From: the human T2T-CHM13v2.0 reference genome, Homo sapiens
Direction: 5' to 3' (one strand)
Length of the DNA: 64,000 bases
NCBI RefSeq assembly: GCF_009914755.1
Contig: NC_060937.1
Program-made: the position numbers and the translations under genes
In this document: positions 1 to 13,432 of the stretch, one piece after another
Position numbering within the stretch: position 1 is the first letter of the stretch
Layout of the letters: each line of letters starts with the position of its first letter
The notes under the pieces: model-generated
Told to the model about the DNA's origin: nothing
The model's input: only the letters and a program-made list of their open reading frames with translations
The model's database searches: none

Positions 1-754
1 ATGATTTCTGGAGCTGGAGATCTCCTGTGACTAAAGGAAAATATTCAGCACATCAGTGTGTGTCAAACATCAGTTCTGAAATTATCAGGTAATCTCAAAT
101 CTCCAAGGCTGTTGCTGTGGGTTTCAATAGATTTGCAGAGTTGTTTTAAAGGAAATAGGAAATGTCAGACTTGTGTCTCTAAGGTTTGGTCTCCTGAGTA
201 ATGGCTTGTATATGTCCTTTATTGGATGCCCTTTTGTCTACACAAAGCAGAAATATTAGGTTTGCTTGGAATCTGTGCTCTCATATTTGATTCTGATGAG
301 GCTTGACAATTTCATATCTTTCCTTTGTTTGCATCTTCCCCGTGTAGTAACTTCTGCTTTTGTAGTTACCTTTAAAACACGTTAGGTACTTTTAAACAGG
401 AATTAATACTTTATGGGAACACTAGATTGAGGTACGCTTAAAATGATATATTTTTGTTTTAATCAAGAGAATAAAAAATAAGAACTGAGATTTTAGAAAA
501 GTTCAGATTGTATTGGATTTATAATTTCAAAGAGAGATACTACTTAATAGGATGTTTTGTGGTAATAAATGTGTTTATATTTCATTTCTTCATGTTATTG
601 AACATTTTTTTCCTCCAATAACATTTCTGTTTGTTCTCCATTTCTGTTTTATAGGATTGAAACTGCCATTTCTGAAATATTTCCTTCTTTATTGTTTCTT
701 GCAACTTTTTCTCTTCTTGAATCATATTATTTAGAATTTAAATTTGGAATATTT

Positions 755-923
755 ATTTTTAACTTCTTATTTTGAAATAATTACAGACTCAAAAAATAAA
801 TTTCAAGCAAAATACAGAGGAACTCCATGTATTTGTCACCCAGCTTCCCCCAACAATATTTTACATAGCTACAGTGCATTGTCAAAACCAGGAAATTCAT
901 ATTGGCATAACACAATTAACTAG
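755..923 (-). mobile_element. Old L1MC-type 3' end fragment, interrupted by THE1A
   Basis: ttattttgaaataattacagactc...cacccagcttcccc...tcaaaaccaggaaatt resembles the antisense L1MC 3' UTR; boundaries approximate. Confidence 0.6.
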
Positions 924-3191
924 TGATGTGGTTTGGCTTTGTCTCCACCCAAGTCTCAACTTGAATTGTATCTCCCAGAATTCCCACATGTTGTGGGAGG
1001 GACCCAGGGGGAGGTAATTGAATCATTGAGGGGAGTCTTTCCTGTGCTATTCTCATGACAGTGAATAAGTCTCAGGAGATCTGATGGGTTTATCAGGGGT
1101 TTCCACTTTTGCTTCTTTTCTCATTTTTCTCTTTCCCCTGTCATGTAAGAAGTGCCTTTCACCTTCTGCTGTGATTCTGAGGCCTCCCCAGTCTTGTGGA
1201 ACTGTAAGTCCACTTAAACTTCCTTTACTTCCCAGTCTTTATCAGCAGCGTGAAAACAGACTAATACAGTAAATTGGTACCAATAGAGTGGGGCATTGCT
1301 GAAGATACCCAAAAATGTGTTAGCAACTTTGGAACTGGGTAGCAGGCAGAGATTAGAACAGTTCGAAGGGCTCAGAAGAAGACAGGAAAATGTGGGAAAG
1401 TTTGGAACTTCCTAGAGGCTTGTTGAATGGCTTTGCCCAAAATGCTGGTAGCAATACAGACAGTAAAATCCAGGCTGAGGTGGTCTCAGATGAGATGAGG
1501 AAGTAGTTGGGAATTGGAACAAAGGTGACTCTTGTTATGTTATAGTGAAGAAACTGGCAGCATTTTGCCTCTGCCTAGAGATTTGTGGAACTTTGAACTT
1601 GAAAGAAATGATTTAGGGTATCTGGTGGAAAAAATTTCTAAGCAGCAAAGCATTCAAGATGTGACTCGGATGCTGTCAAAGGCATTCAGTTTTGTAAGGG
1701 AAGCAGAACATAAATGTTTGGAAAATTTGCAGCCTGATTATGCTATAGAAAAGAAAAACCCATTTTCGGGGGAGAAATTCAAGCTGGCTGGAGAAATTTG
1801 CATAAGTAGCAAGGAGCCTAATGTTAATCCCCAAGACCATGGGGAATATGTCTCCAGGCCATGTCAGAGACCTTCACAGCAGCCCCTCCCATCACAGGCC
1901 CAGAAGGCCCCAGAGGAAAAAGTAGTTTCATGGGCCAGGCCCAGGGTCCCTGTGCTATATGCAGCCTAAGGACTTGGTGCCCTGTGTCTCAGCCACTCCA
2001 GCCATGGTTGAAAGGAGCCGATGTACAGTTTGAAATGTGACTTCAGAGGGTGCAAGCCCCAAGCCTTGGCAGCTTCCAGATGTTGAGCCTGTGGGTACAC
2101 AAAAGTCAAGAATTGAGGTTTGGGGACCTCTGCCTAGATTTCAGAAGATGTTTGGAAACTCCTGGATGCCCAGGCAAAAGTTTGCTGCAGGGGTGGGGCC
2201 CTCATGGAGAACCTCTGCCAGGGCAGTGTGGAAGGGAAATGTGGGATCAGAGCCCCACACAGAGTCCCTACTGGGGCACTGCCTAGTGAAGCTGTGAGAA
2301 GAGGGCTGCTGTCCTCCAGAAGAATGGTAGATCCACCGACAGTTTGCACAGTGCACCTGGAAAAGCCGCAGATATTCAATGCCAGTCTGTGAAAGCAGCC
2401 GGGAGGGAGGCTGTACCCTGTAAAGCCACAGGGGCAGAGCTGCCCAAGAGCATGGGAACCTGCCTTTTGAATCAGTGTGACCAGGATGTGAGACCAGGAG
2501 TCAAAGGAGATCATTCTGGAGCTTTAAAATTTGACTGCCCTGCTGGATTTCAGACTTGCATGGGCCCTGTAACGTCTTTGTTTTGGCCAATTTCTCCCAT
2601 TTGGAATGGCTGTATTCACCCAATAACTGTACCTCCACTGTATCTAGGAAGTAACTAGTTTGCTTTTGATTACAGGCTTATAGGTGGAAGGAACTTGCCT
2701 TGTCTCAGATGAGACTTTGGACTGTGAATTTTTGGGTTAATGCTGCAATGAGTTAAGACTTTGTGGAACAGTTTGTAAAGGCATACTTGGTTTTGAAATG
2801 TGAGGACATAAGATTTGGAGGGGCCAGAGGTGGAATGATATGGTTTGGCTGTGTCCCTACCCAAATCTCATTTTGAATTGTATCTCCCAGAATTTCCACA
2901 TGTTGTGGGAGGGACCCAGGGAAAGGTAATTGAATCATGGGGGCCGGTCTTTCCTGTGCTTTTCTCATGTCAGTGAATTAGTCTCATGAGATTTGATGGG
3001 TTTATCAGGAGTTTTCGCTTTTGCTTCTTCTCCCATTTTTCTCTTGCCATTGCCATGTGAGAAGTGCCTTTTGCCTCCCCCTGTGATTCTGAGGCCTCCC
3101 TAGCTATGTGGAACCGTAAGTCCAATTAAACTTCTTTTGCTTCCCAGTCGCAGGTATGTCTTTATCAGCAGCATGTAAACAGACTAATACA
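924..3191 (+). mobile_element. Full-length THE1A-like MaLR (5' LTR 924-1268, internal 1269-2835, 3' LTR 2836-3191)
   Basis: Two direct LTRs TGAT(G/A)TGGTTTGGCT...GACTAATACA, ~1.57-kb internal region starting GTAAATTGGTACC, and a perfect 5-bp TSD ACTAG (919-923, 3192-3196). Confidence 0.95.
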
Positions 3192-3545
3192 ACTAGACTA
3201 GTTAAATGTCTGGGATTTTGGATTATTTTGAAGTAGTTTGTGTAATAATATGAGTTTTCCACAGGTAATGTTCATATAAGGAGTAATTAACCCTCATAGT
3301 TATAACACTATTTTCAATATTTTTTATTTGCTCTCCTACATATCTCCTTCATATTTATGATTGAGAAAAATGAATCATCCTAAAATGAGTACTTTTGTAT
3401 TCATTCTTTTGATCAAAATAGTAGTAAGTAGTATTTGTCAAACTGCCTAACCATTGGTGATATGCAGGTATGATTTCACCTAGTACACGCAGCTACACGG
3501 AAAATTAGAACATATTACAATTATTTTATACATAAGATAATTGAG

Positions 3546-3911
3546 TGATATGGTTTGGCTGCGTCTCCCACCCAAATCTCATCTTGAATTGTAGTTCCCA
3601 TAATCTATGTGGTTGTTCGAGGGACTTGGTGGGAGGTAATTGAATCATGGGGGTGGTTGTCCCTATGCTGCTGGTCTTGTGATAGTGAATGAGTTCTCAT
3701 GAGACCAGATGGTTTTATAAGGAGCTTTTCTCTCTTTGCTCAGCCTGCCATCATGTGAAGAGGGACATGTTTGCTTCCACTTTCCCCATGATTGTAAGTT
3801 TCCTGAGACCTCCCCAGCCATGTGGAACTGTGAGTCAGTTAAGCCTCTTTCCTTTATAAATTACCCAGTCTTGGGCAGTTCTTTATAGCAGCTTGAGAAT
3901 GGACTAATACA
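3546..3911 (+). mobile_element. THE1 solo LTR (THE1D/C-like)
   Basis: TGATATGGTTTGGCTG...GGACTAATACA, perfect TSD TTGAG (3541-3545, 3912-3916). Confidence 0.92.
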
Positions 3912-4189
3912 TTGAGAATCGAGAAGACATAATGAATGACCAAATCTACATTGTAATTTAGAGGCTGAAATAGGACTCAGATCAATCTCTGTGATAAACA
4001 GCCTAAGATTTCTCTCTATAATCATATTGTCTCCTACAGAAGATTTGTCTCTCTCTAATTCTTGCAACTATGCACATACCCCCCTAATGTTTTTCATATG
4101 GCACATATCACAGAGAACTTATAACTGAAGTATTAGTTTTTGAAAAAAAACTATTATCATATACTCTCTTTTTCATATATAAATAATTA

Positions 4190-4272
4190 TTTTTTTAAAT
4201 ATGATTTTAAGTTCTGGGATACATGTGCGGACGTGCAGGTTTGTTATATAGGTATACAGTACCATGGTGGTT
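4190..4272 (-). mobile_element. Short L1PA 3' end fragment
   Basis: ttttaagttctgggatacatgtgcggacgtgcaggtttgttatataggtata matches the antisense L1PA 3' terminus. Confidence 0.75.
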
Positions 4273-4439
4273 TCTTATTTGTGTTTTCATCTTATGGCTT
4301 TGGCTAGAACTAAATAGTAAAAGTGTGCATCAGTTTAAGATAGTTATTTTTAGTCATTTTAGTAAGGACATATCTATAACTACTTTGCTAAATTTTATCG
4401 GTCATGCATGTTAAATATCATTAAATAAATATCTGGAAT

Positions 4440-4790
4440 TGGGCTGCTGTACCAGAATACCATAGACTTTGTGGCTTATAAACAACAGAAAGGAATATCT
4501 CACAATTCCAGGGGCTGGGAAATCTAAGACCAAGGCACTAGTCAGTTTGGTGTCTGGTGAAAATCTGTGTTCTGGTTCAAAGAAGGCTGCCCTTTCTCTG
4601 TAACCTCAGTTGGGGAAGGAACAAGGGAGTTCTATGGAGCTGCTTTATAAGGTTGCTAATCCCATTAATGAGGGCTCCTCCTTCATGACCTAATTACTTC
4701 CCAAAAGCGCCATCTCCAAAAACCCTCACATTGGCGGTTAGCATTTCAACATATGAATTTGAGAGGGATATAAACACTATGTCTGTAGCA
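4440..4790 (-). mobile_element. MLT1A/MSTD-like MaLR solo LTR
   Basis: gggctgct...ataccatagact...ggcttataaacaacagaa...tttcaacatatgaatttt...gtagca; typical antisense MLT1/MST motifs. Confidence 0.75.
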
Positions 4791-5775
4791 GTAAATGTAC
4801 AATATAAAGTAAATAAACAGCTTTATTGTTGTGTTGAATTATATTAATATATATTTCCTGGTATTAAATCTTTCTATGCCAAATCATTGGGGTGGCTGAT
4901 TTCTCAGGAAGTGTAGAATTCAGTTCCTTTTTCTTTTAGTTAAGAATATTTAAACTATGTTTATAAGAGATACTGTTTAGTAATTTTATTATTTTTATAT
5001 TAACTTCATCAAGAGTTGGTAATAGTTATATTTGCTTTGTAAAATGAACTGAAAGGAAGCCCCTTCTTATAACTTTATACATATTTCATAGTTTTGGGTC
5101 CATTTTATAAGACTTTTCAAACAAATACTTACTAAAAACACTGGTTATAGGGACTTAAAATTTTTTTTAAATAAGGTTTTATGTTTCTTGCAAAAATTGA
5201 TACATGCAACCTATTTAACATTTTTAAAATTAAATTAAGATTCATTTAACCAGTACATGTTTATTTTAGTGAAACACGTATTTAACTTTCTAAGATAGTG
5301 TTTTTTGTCTTTAAAACAATTGCTGTATTTTTATGTTTTTCTCTTTAAATTTTATATTTTCTTAGTGTTTGATTTTATCATATTTGCTATATTTTTCCGT
5401 ATTATGGGCTATTTGTTAAAGAATGAACTCGTGTATGTTTATAAATTTTTACTGTTTTTGTTTATAATTTATTGCCTTTTAACTTAATATGTAATTAGCA
5501 TTCCTTTTAATTTTGCTTGTATGTTTTGCTGTACCATTTTGAAGTTCTTGAGTTAAATTCTTAACTATTTTTTATTTTGATTTGTAAAGTTTAAATATTA
5601 AATTAAATATGTCCCATCAATTTAGTCATTTTAATATTCTCACTCGTCAGACATTTTTTGGGAACGCCATATGCCTTTTCATCAAGTCAGTTTCAAGAAA
5701 GTGAAAATTACTTTTTATATATTTATACTCAAAGCTTGGATAATTCTCCACTTCCTTAAGTTGGGGAAAAAGTGA

Positions 5776-6137
<362 letters not shown>

Positions 6138-6794
6138 TATAGTAACTTTTTTTTAATAGGTTGTGGTGGACAAAAGTCCCCAGAAATAATAAACAGAAAA
6201 ATGCATTTATTAACACTTTATATTTTATTCTCTAAACAAAAGGTGTCTCATTTTTTAAATTTAAATCATGATGGCCTGTAACAGAAGCACCTAAAAATTG
6301 AAGTAAATATATAAATTTTTAACATAAAATATTTTAACATATTTTAACACAAAATTCTTTAAGATTCTAATTTATATCTTTTTATTTCCTTCCATATACT
6401 CTCTTGATATATTACCCATTACATTAATTATTAATATACACCCAAGTCAAGATCTTTTATTATGTGAGGTCATCAGTCAATGATAACAGAGACATTGATG
6501 AATTAGTCTCCTCATCAGAAATTGAGCAGCATTTTCATTCAAGATGATACATGGGTCTTTAAAACATATTCAATAATATTGAGTCTCAGACTTCTCCTTC
6601 TTTTTTCTGAATGTGCATTTAGACCTTTATACATCTATCTATCTACCCACCCATTTATTAAATTTTCAGCATTAACTTGGAATATTAAACATGGTTCCAA
6701 GGACCAGAACCGTGTTTGTCTCGTTCACTGCCATACTCCTATTGCAGGTAGAATCTCATTAAACTCTGAGGATTCAACATAAGTGAATGTAGGT

Positions 6795-7063
6795 TGTAGC
6801 AGGAATAATTCTAAGGTAGCCCCTATGACCTTCATTTCCTCATGTTACTCTGTTGATACCTCACATGAAAAAGGAGTCTCGCAGATGCAACTAAGGCTAA
6901 TAATCTGTCAGCCTTAAGACAGGGAGAGCATCTGGATAAACCTAATCTAATCCACAAAAACTTAAAAATCAGGGAGTTTTCTACAACTGAGAGTAGAATG
7001 GGAAGTCAGAGAGTTTCAAAGTACAAGAAGCATTTAAATCACCCTTATTGACTTTGAAGATGG
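6795..7063 (+). mobile_element. MLT1E-like LTR fragment
   Basis: tgtagcaggaataattctaaggtagcccc...gcagatg...taagg...gactttgaagatgg; boundaries approximate. Confidence 0.6.
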
Positions 7064-7861
7064 TTTGCGTCTTCTTCTGAGTTCAGTTTGAGATTATCTT
7101 TCTAATAATTGATTGGATTTTATTCTTTTAAAAAAGAGATAATTTAAAGGAATCTATTTTTAAATACTCTGAGGAGGGTGATATGGGGGTGCTTGTTGTC
7201 CTGTTTTAACTTTCTCTTAATTTCTAATGTAATTGAATTTTGAATAGGTAATGTAACCTGTATGGTTTTTATTTTAAAAAATATATATTGAGGTTTTATG
7301 TAATCTATTTTTAAAATTTTCAATGGAAGCTTGAAAAAATACTGCTTCACATATTCTTGTATATAAGTATTGAAAATCTTATACATTATAATGCTCAAAT
7401 TTTATACTTTAATAAGCCATAACAGAGAGACATGCTAGTGATTTCACAATTAAATGTGACATTCATTTAGTGTTTTGTTTTGTAACATTAAATATTTTAT
7501 TGTTTTCCATGCGATTATTTTTCCTTTGAATTCTACTTTATGTGAAATCAATGATGTTATAAATAGTCTTTGATTTTTACTTTATTAACCTTTATACATT
7601 TTAATATTGTTAAACTTATAGGAACAGTTTGTACACTTCCTGGAAATAGAATAGGGTAATAGAGTTTGATTTTTTTTTTCTTTTCAGCTGAGGTTTTTTG
7701 TTTGTTTGTTTTTTGGGTTTTTTTTTTTTTTTTTTTTTTGGTAATTTCAGTCTTAGAGTCTTTCTTTTAAGTAGTTAGTGGTATAGTTCATCTTTGTTTA
7801 TCAAAGCTGATTTTTTTTTGTTTTAACTTTTGTGAACTTGCTTATAGTTTCTTTATAAATA

Positions 7862-7894
7862 TTAGGCTGGTGCAAAAGTTATTGCAGTTTTTGC
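7862..7894. mobile_element. Single Hsmar1/MADE1 terminal inverted repeat (half MADE1)
   Basis: TTAGGCTGGTGCAAAAGTTATTGCAGTTTTTGC vs MADE1 TTAGGTTGGTGCAAAAGTAATTGCGGTTTTTGC, preceded by TA; no partner arm seen. Confidence 0.8.
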
Positions 7895-7979
7895 TAATTA
7901 TGTGTTTTTTAAAAGGTGGTACATACAAATAAATAAATCAGGAAAGGAAGCTAGAGATTGGTGGCAGTAGAGGTGAGTC

Positions 7980-8500
7980 AGTGTTACAGTTACTATTGCT
8001 GCTTAAGAAACTACCCAAATTTAATAAGGTAAAACAGCAACCACTTCATTATATCTCATGGATTCTATAGGTAAGAAATTCCAGCAGGATTCATCTGAGT
8101 GATTCTCCTTCTCTCACATCATTAACTAGGGTGACTCAGTGCTAGTCAGCTGGCAAACAAGCCAGTCTGGAAGGTGCAAGGTGCTTCTTTCTGTCTTATA
8201 AATTGGTGGGGTTGTCTGGAAGGCAAGGCTCAGATGGGAGGGACTCTTAGTTATAGTCCTGCACACAGTAAACTTCTTATATGGTTGCTGACTTTCCACA
8301 GATCAAACATTCCAAGGGAACCAGGTGGAAAATGCCTGCTCTCTTATTATCTAACCTTAAAGGTCAGATAGAATTACTTGTCATACTCTATTGATTGTAG
8401 CAGTCACAAGCATGTCCAGATTCAGGGGAAGGAGACCTAGACCTATTTTTTGACGAGAAGAATATCAACCTGTTTTTGGACTATGCTTAAAACTGTCACA
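7980..8500 (-). mobile_element. MLT1H/G-like LTR
   Basis: cagttactattgctgc...aaactacccaaa...ctcatggattct...attccaagggaaccaggtggaa...cagtcacaagc; boundaries approximate. Confidence 0.65.
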
Positions 8501-8509
8501 CATGACAAT

Positions 8510-9850
8510 TACACATCAGGTAGAAGGCATTTGAGGAGAGACTTGAAGGAAATGTGGAAGAATCATGCTCTGCTGAAAAAAGAGCATTCCAAAGAGAGAA
8601 CACAGCTTGGGCAAAAGCCCTGAGTCAGAAACATGTGGACTTATTCTTAGAACAGCATCGGGGAAGCCATTATAGCTGAAGCAGAGTGAGGAAGGGGAAG
8701 AGTATTAATAGATGATGGCAGAGAAATAAGCATGAAAAGACAGATTATGGAACGAGGGCCTTGTATGCCATTTTAAGGACTTTGACTGTTCCTCAAACTG
8801 GCATGGGACCATTGAAAGATTTTTTTTATTTTTATTTTTTAAATTTAACTTTTAAGTTCAGTGGTACGTGTGCAGGTTTGTTATGTAGGTAAACTCGTGT
8901 CATGGGGGTTTGTTGTACGGATTATTCCATTACCCACATAGTAAACCTGTTACCCACTAGTTGTTTTTCCTGATCCTCTCCCTCCTCCCAGCTTTCACCC
9001 CCCTTTTCAAAAGTAGACATACATGTAACCAACAAACATATGAAAAAAATGCTCAATATCAGTGATCATTAAAGAAACGCAAATCAAAACTACAGTGAGT
9101 TACCATCTCACACCATTCAGAATGGTTATTACTAAAAAGTCAAAAAATAACAGATGCTGGTAATGTGGAGAAAAAGGAACACTTCTACACTGTTGGTGGG
9201 AGTGTAAATTAGTTCGACCACTGTGGAAGACAGTGTGGTGGTTCATCAAAGACCTAAAAAGAGAACTACCATTCCAACCAGCAATCTCATTACTGGGTAT
9301 ATATACTCAAAGGAATAGAAATTGTTCTGTCATAAAGAAACATGCATGCCTATGTTTATTGCAGCACTATTCACAGTAGCAAAGGCATGGAATCAACATA
9401 AATGCCCATCAATGGTATACTGGATAAAGAAAATGTGGTACATATACACCATGGCATATTATGCAGCCATAAAAAGTGAGATCATGCCCTTTGTAGGAAC
9501 ATGGATGGAGCTGGAAGCCATTATCCTTAGCAAACTAATGCAGGAACAGAAAATCAAATACTGCATGTTCTCACTTATAAGTGGGAGTCAAAGATGAGAA
9601 TACATGAACACAGACGGGAACAACATTGAAAGATTTTAAGCAGAGAAGTGATATGATCTGAATTGTATTTCTGAGATCTCTCTGGCACTTGTGTAATAAA
9701 TAGCTGAAAGGAATCAATGGCAGAAGCTGGGAGACCAGTTAAGAGGCCTTTGCAATAATCACAAGAGGAAATAAGTGTGGCTTACACTAGGAACCGTCAA
9801 GTTAGAAGTGCTCATATTCAAATGTGGTCAGAATCTGGACATTTTGAGTA
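8510..9850 (+). mobile_element. L2 remnant, split by the L1 at 8824-9623
   Basis: L2-like agagcattccaaag...aaagccctgag...aaggactttgact / ttttaagcagagaagtgatatgatctga...gggagaccagttaagaggc, continuous across the L1 TSD. Confidence 0.65.
8824..9623 (-). mobile_element. 5'-truncated, 5'-inverted L1PA (older subfamily)
   Basis: Poly-T plus antisense 3' UTR at 8824-9003, then sense ORF2 end/3' UTR at 9004-9623 (ORF 9322-9597 is an ORF2 C-terminal remnant). 14-bp TSD CATTGAAAGATTTT (8810-8823, 9624-9637). Confidence 0.92.
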
Positions 9851-11094
9851 AGCCTACAAAAATTTTTAATACTATCTCAAAATAAAGGATATGGAAAGTT
9901 TTTCCTTTCTCTTGCCCTGAAACCTTCTGTATCCTTTATTTTGAGATAGTATTAAAATCCTTTCTATCTTACTGACAAGTCTTACTATCTTGTTTTATAA
10001 CCCAGGACATGATTATAATTATAGTATTGTTAAATATTTATTTTTATTTTGTAATTATACTTTAACAATACTATTGTGGTAAATAATCATAAAATATGAA
10101 AAATAAATCTTCCAATTAACTGAATCGATTGTCCCCTTGCAGGATTTTGGCTTCACAGTTTCCTAATGCTTGAAACATTAATGTTGATTATTTTTCTAAT
10201 ATGTACCCATATGCCTTTGTGTACATTTTTATTGGAAGGACAAATCAGTAATGGATATACCGTCTCTTTGTATTTGGGTAAAGGCAACCTGATACTGATG
10301 ATTTTCTTGATTATATTCTTATTCTCTTAAAATCTTTATGTCTTCTAATAATGTTAACAGAGAAGAAGAAAAGTCTTATCTAAGCCTAACATTTTAGTTT
10401 TAAGGAAGTTTTTTTTCTTTATTTGTAAAATTCAGGAGTTTGGCTAGTTGCTATTTAAATATGGAGTACCTTTCCTTGTTTCTTCCCCCTCCCCGACTAG
10501 AATCTGGTTGGTGCTTTTGCTGTTCATCATTCAGTGATAGCTTTGATCATTGTTTCAGATCTCATTGCCCTTGCATCTTTTCCCAATACACAAACCATTC
10601 TCGAGGTGAAAACTGTGGTCTCTGGCATACCCATCTGCCTGCTTCTCTGTCATTAGTTCATCTCTTTCTTTGCCCTCCAGAGCCCTGATTCAATTACTGC
10701 TTGAACTTTTCAGTGTGTCAGTTTCCTTCTCCATGGATTTCCCTGTGGATGGCAAATCTGCCCTTACACTTTAGTTTTCATAGAAGCCTCATCTCAGCTA
10801 TCTCCCATTTTGTGATTTGAGCCTCTTTTGTCATTGTAGCCTTCATCTCCTATTTCCTAAATGCCATGTGTTTCTACATACTGTTCATAGACAAATAGTT
10901 TAAAGCAATGTTCTATAGTTTCTTATGGTTTGAAAGTCATATATTTTTAAATATGTTTTCACCCCTGAGACTTCAGCATGGAGGTTCCTTTTTCTTGTAT
11001 ACAGGATCATTTTTTAGGATTTTTTTCTGTTATATTTTCCCCATTCTGTTTACCTAGAAGGTAGTGATATTTACCCCAAACCAGGGTTTGAGAT

Positions 11095-13432
11095 TGCGTT
11101 AGTCTATTTTCATACTGCTATAAAGAAATACCTGGGACTGGGTAATTTATAAAGAAAAAAAGGTTTAATGGACTCCTAGTTCCACATGGCTGGGGAGGCC
11201 TCAAAGTCATGGCAGAAGGCAAAGTAGGAGCAAAGAAATGTCTTACGTGGTGGCGGGCAAGAGAGACAGCATGTGCAGGGGAACTCCCCTTTATGAAACC
11301 ATCAGATCTTGTGAGACTTATTCACTATCATGAGAACAGCATAGGGAAAAACCCATCCCCATGATTCAATTACCCTCCCACTGGGCCTCTCCCATGACAT
11401 GTGGGGATTATGGGAACTATAATTCAAGATGAGATTTGGGTAGGAACATAGCCAAACCATATCATTCTTCCCATGGCACCTCCTGAATCTCATGTTTTCA
11501 CATTTCAAAATCAATCATGTCTTCCCAACGTCCCCCAAAGTCTTAACTCATTTCAGCATTAATTGAAAAGTCTACAGTCCAAAGTCTCATCTGAGACAAG
11601 TCCCTTCCACCTATAAGCCTGTAAAACTGAAAGCAAGTTAGTTTATTTCTACATACAATGGGGTTACAGGCATTGGGTACTCCCAAGGTATTTACGCCTG
11701 TTCCAAATGGGAGAAATTGGTCGAAACGAAGGGGCTACAGGCTCCATGCAAGTCTGAAATCCAATAGAGCAGTCATTAAATGTTAGAGTTCAAAAATGAT
11801 CTCCTTTGGCTTTATGTCTTACATGCAAGTCACAGTGATCCAAGTGGTGATCTTCCACAGCCTTGGTCAGCTCTCCCCCTGTGGGTTTGCAGGGTACAGC
11901 CTCCCTCCTGGCTGCTTTTACTGGCTGGCATTGTTTGTGGCTTTTCCAGGTAAACAGTGTAAGCTGTTGGTGGATCTACTGTTCTAGGGTCTGGAGGATG
12001 GTGGCCCTCTTCTCACAGCTTCACTAGGCAGCGCCCCAGTAAGGATTCTGTGTGGGGGACAGAGCCCACATTTCCCTTCTTTACTACCCTAGCAGAGGTT
12101 CCTCATGAGCCCCTGTGCCCCCCAACAGCAAACTTCTGCCTGGACATCCAGGTGTTTCCATACATTCTCTGAAATCTAGGTGGAGGTCCCCAAACCTCAA
12201 TTCTTGACTTCTGTGCACCTGCAGGCTCAACATCATGTGGAAACTGCCAAGGCTTGAGGCTTTCACCCTCCAAAGACATGGTTTGAGCTGTACCCTGGTG
12301 TCTCCCACCCAAGCCATGGGTGGAGCGGCTGCAATGCAGGGCACCAAGTCTCTAGGCTGCACACAGCAGGGGCACCTGCACCTGGCCCAGGAAAACATTT
12401 TTTCCTCCTAGGCTTTTGAGCCGGTGATGGAAAGAGCTGCTGTGAAGGTGTGAAGGTCTAACATGTCCTGGAGACATTTTCTCATTGTCCTGGTGATTAA
12501 CATTTGGATCCTTGGATCCTTGTTATTTATGCAAATTTCTGCAGCTGGCTTTAATTTCTCCCCAGAAAGTGGATTTTCTTTTCTCTTGCATTGTGACGCT
12601 GCAAATTTTCCAAACCTTTATGCTCTGCTTCCTCTTGAACACTTTGCCACTTAGAAATTTCTTTCACCAGATACCCTAAATCATCTCTCTCAAGTTCAAA
12701 TTTCCATAGATCTCTGGGGCAAGAGCAAAATGCCACCAGTCTTTTTGCTAAAGCATAGCAAGAGTCACCTTTGGTCTACTTCCCAACAAGCTCCTCATCT
12801 CCATCTCCAGCCTGGACATCAGTGTTTACATCACTATCAGCATTTTGGTCAAAGCCATTCAACATGTCTCTAGGAAGTTCCAAAATTTTCTACATCTTCT
12901 TGTCTTCTGAGCTGTCCAAGTCTCTAGGAAGTTCCAAACTTTCCCACATTTTTCTGTCTTCTTCTGAACCCTCCAAACTGTTACAACCTCTGCTTGTTAC
13001 CCAGTTTCAAAGTCGCTGCCACATTTTTGGGTATGTTAATGGCAGTACCCTACTCTACCAGTACCAATTACTGTCTTCGTGCATTTTTGTACTGCTATGA
13101 AGAAATATGCGAGAATGAGTAATTTACAGAGAAAAAGAGGTTTAATGGATACACAGTTCCACATAGCTGGGGAGGCCTCACAATCATGGCAGAAGATGTA
13201 GGAGGAGCAAGGGCATGTCTCATATGGTGGCAGGCAAGAGTGTGCAGGGGAACTGCCCTTTTTAAAACCATCAGACCTTGTGAAACTTATTCACGATCAC
13301 AAGAACAGCACATGGAAAAACCCACTCCCATGATTCAATTACCTCCTACTGGGTTCCTCCCAGGACACGTGGGGATTATGGGAGCTACAATTCAAGACGA
13401 AATTTGGGTGGGGACACAGCCAAACCATGTCA
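11095..13432 (-). mobile_element. Full-length THE1B-like MaLR (LTRs 11095-11464 and 13072-13432)
   Basis: Two antisense THE1 LTRs ending CCAAACCAT(A/G)TCA around a ~1.6-kb internal region homologous to 1269-2835; no clean TSD. Confidence 0.93.

Noticed and set aside
1084-2968. Cluster of overlapping ORFs up to 145 aa
   Set aside because: All lie within the THE1A element; the same pseudo-peptides recur in the other THE1 copies with frameshifts.
9322-9597. 91-aa ORF with real protein similarity
   Set aside because: C-terminal remnant of L1 ORF2 in a truncated, inverted insertion; not a gene.
10143-10277. Possible cryptic exon (ccccttgcAG ... GG|GTAAAG)
   Set aside because: Weak donor and no recognisable coding content; such pairs arise by chance in long introns.
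12866-12976. ~53-bp tandem duplication GTCTCTAGGAAGTTCCAAA... in the THE1 interior
   Set aside because: I recall this as a common THE1B-internal variant, so it is probably inherited rather than locus-specific (not verified).
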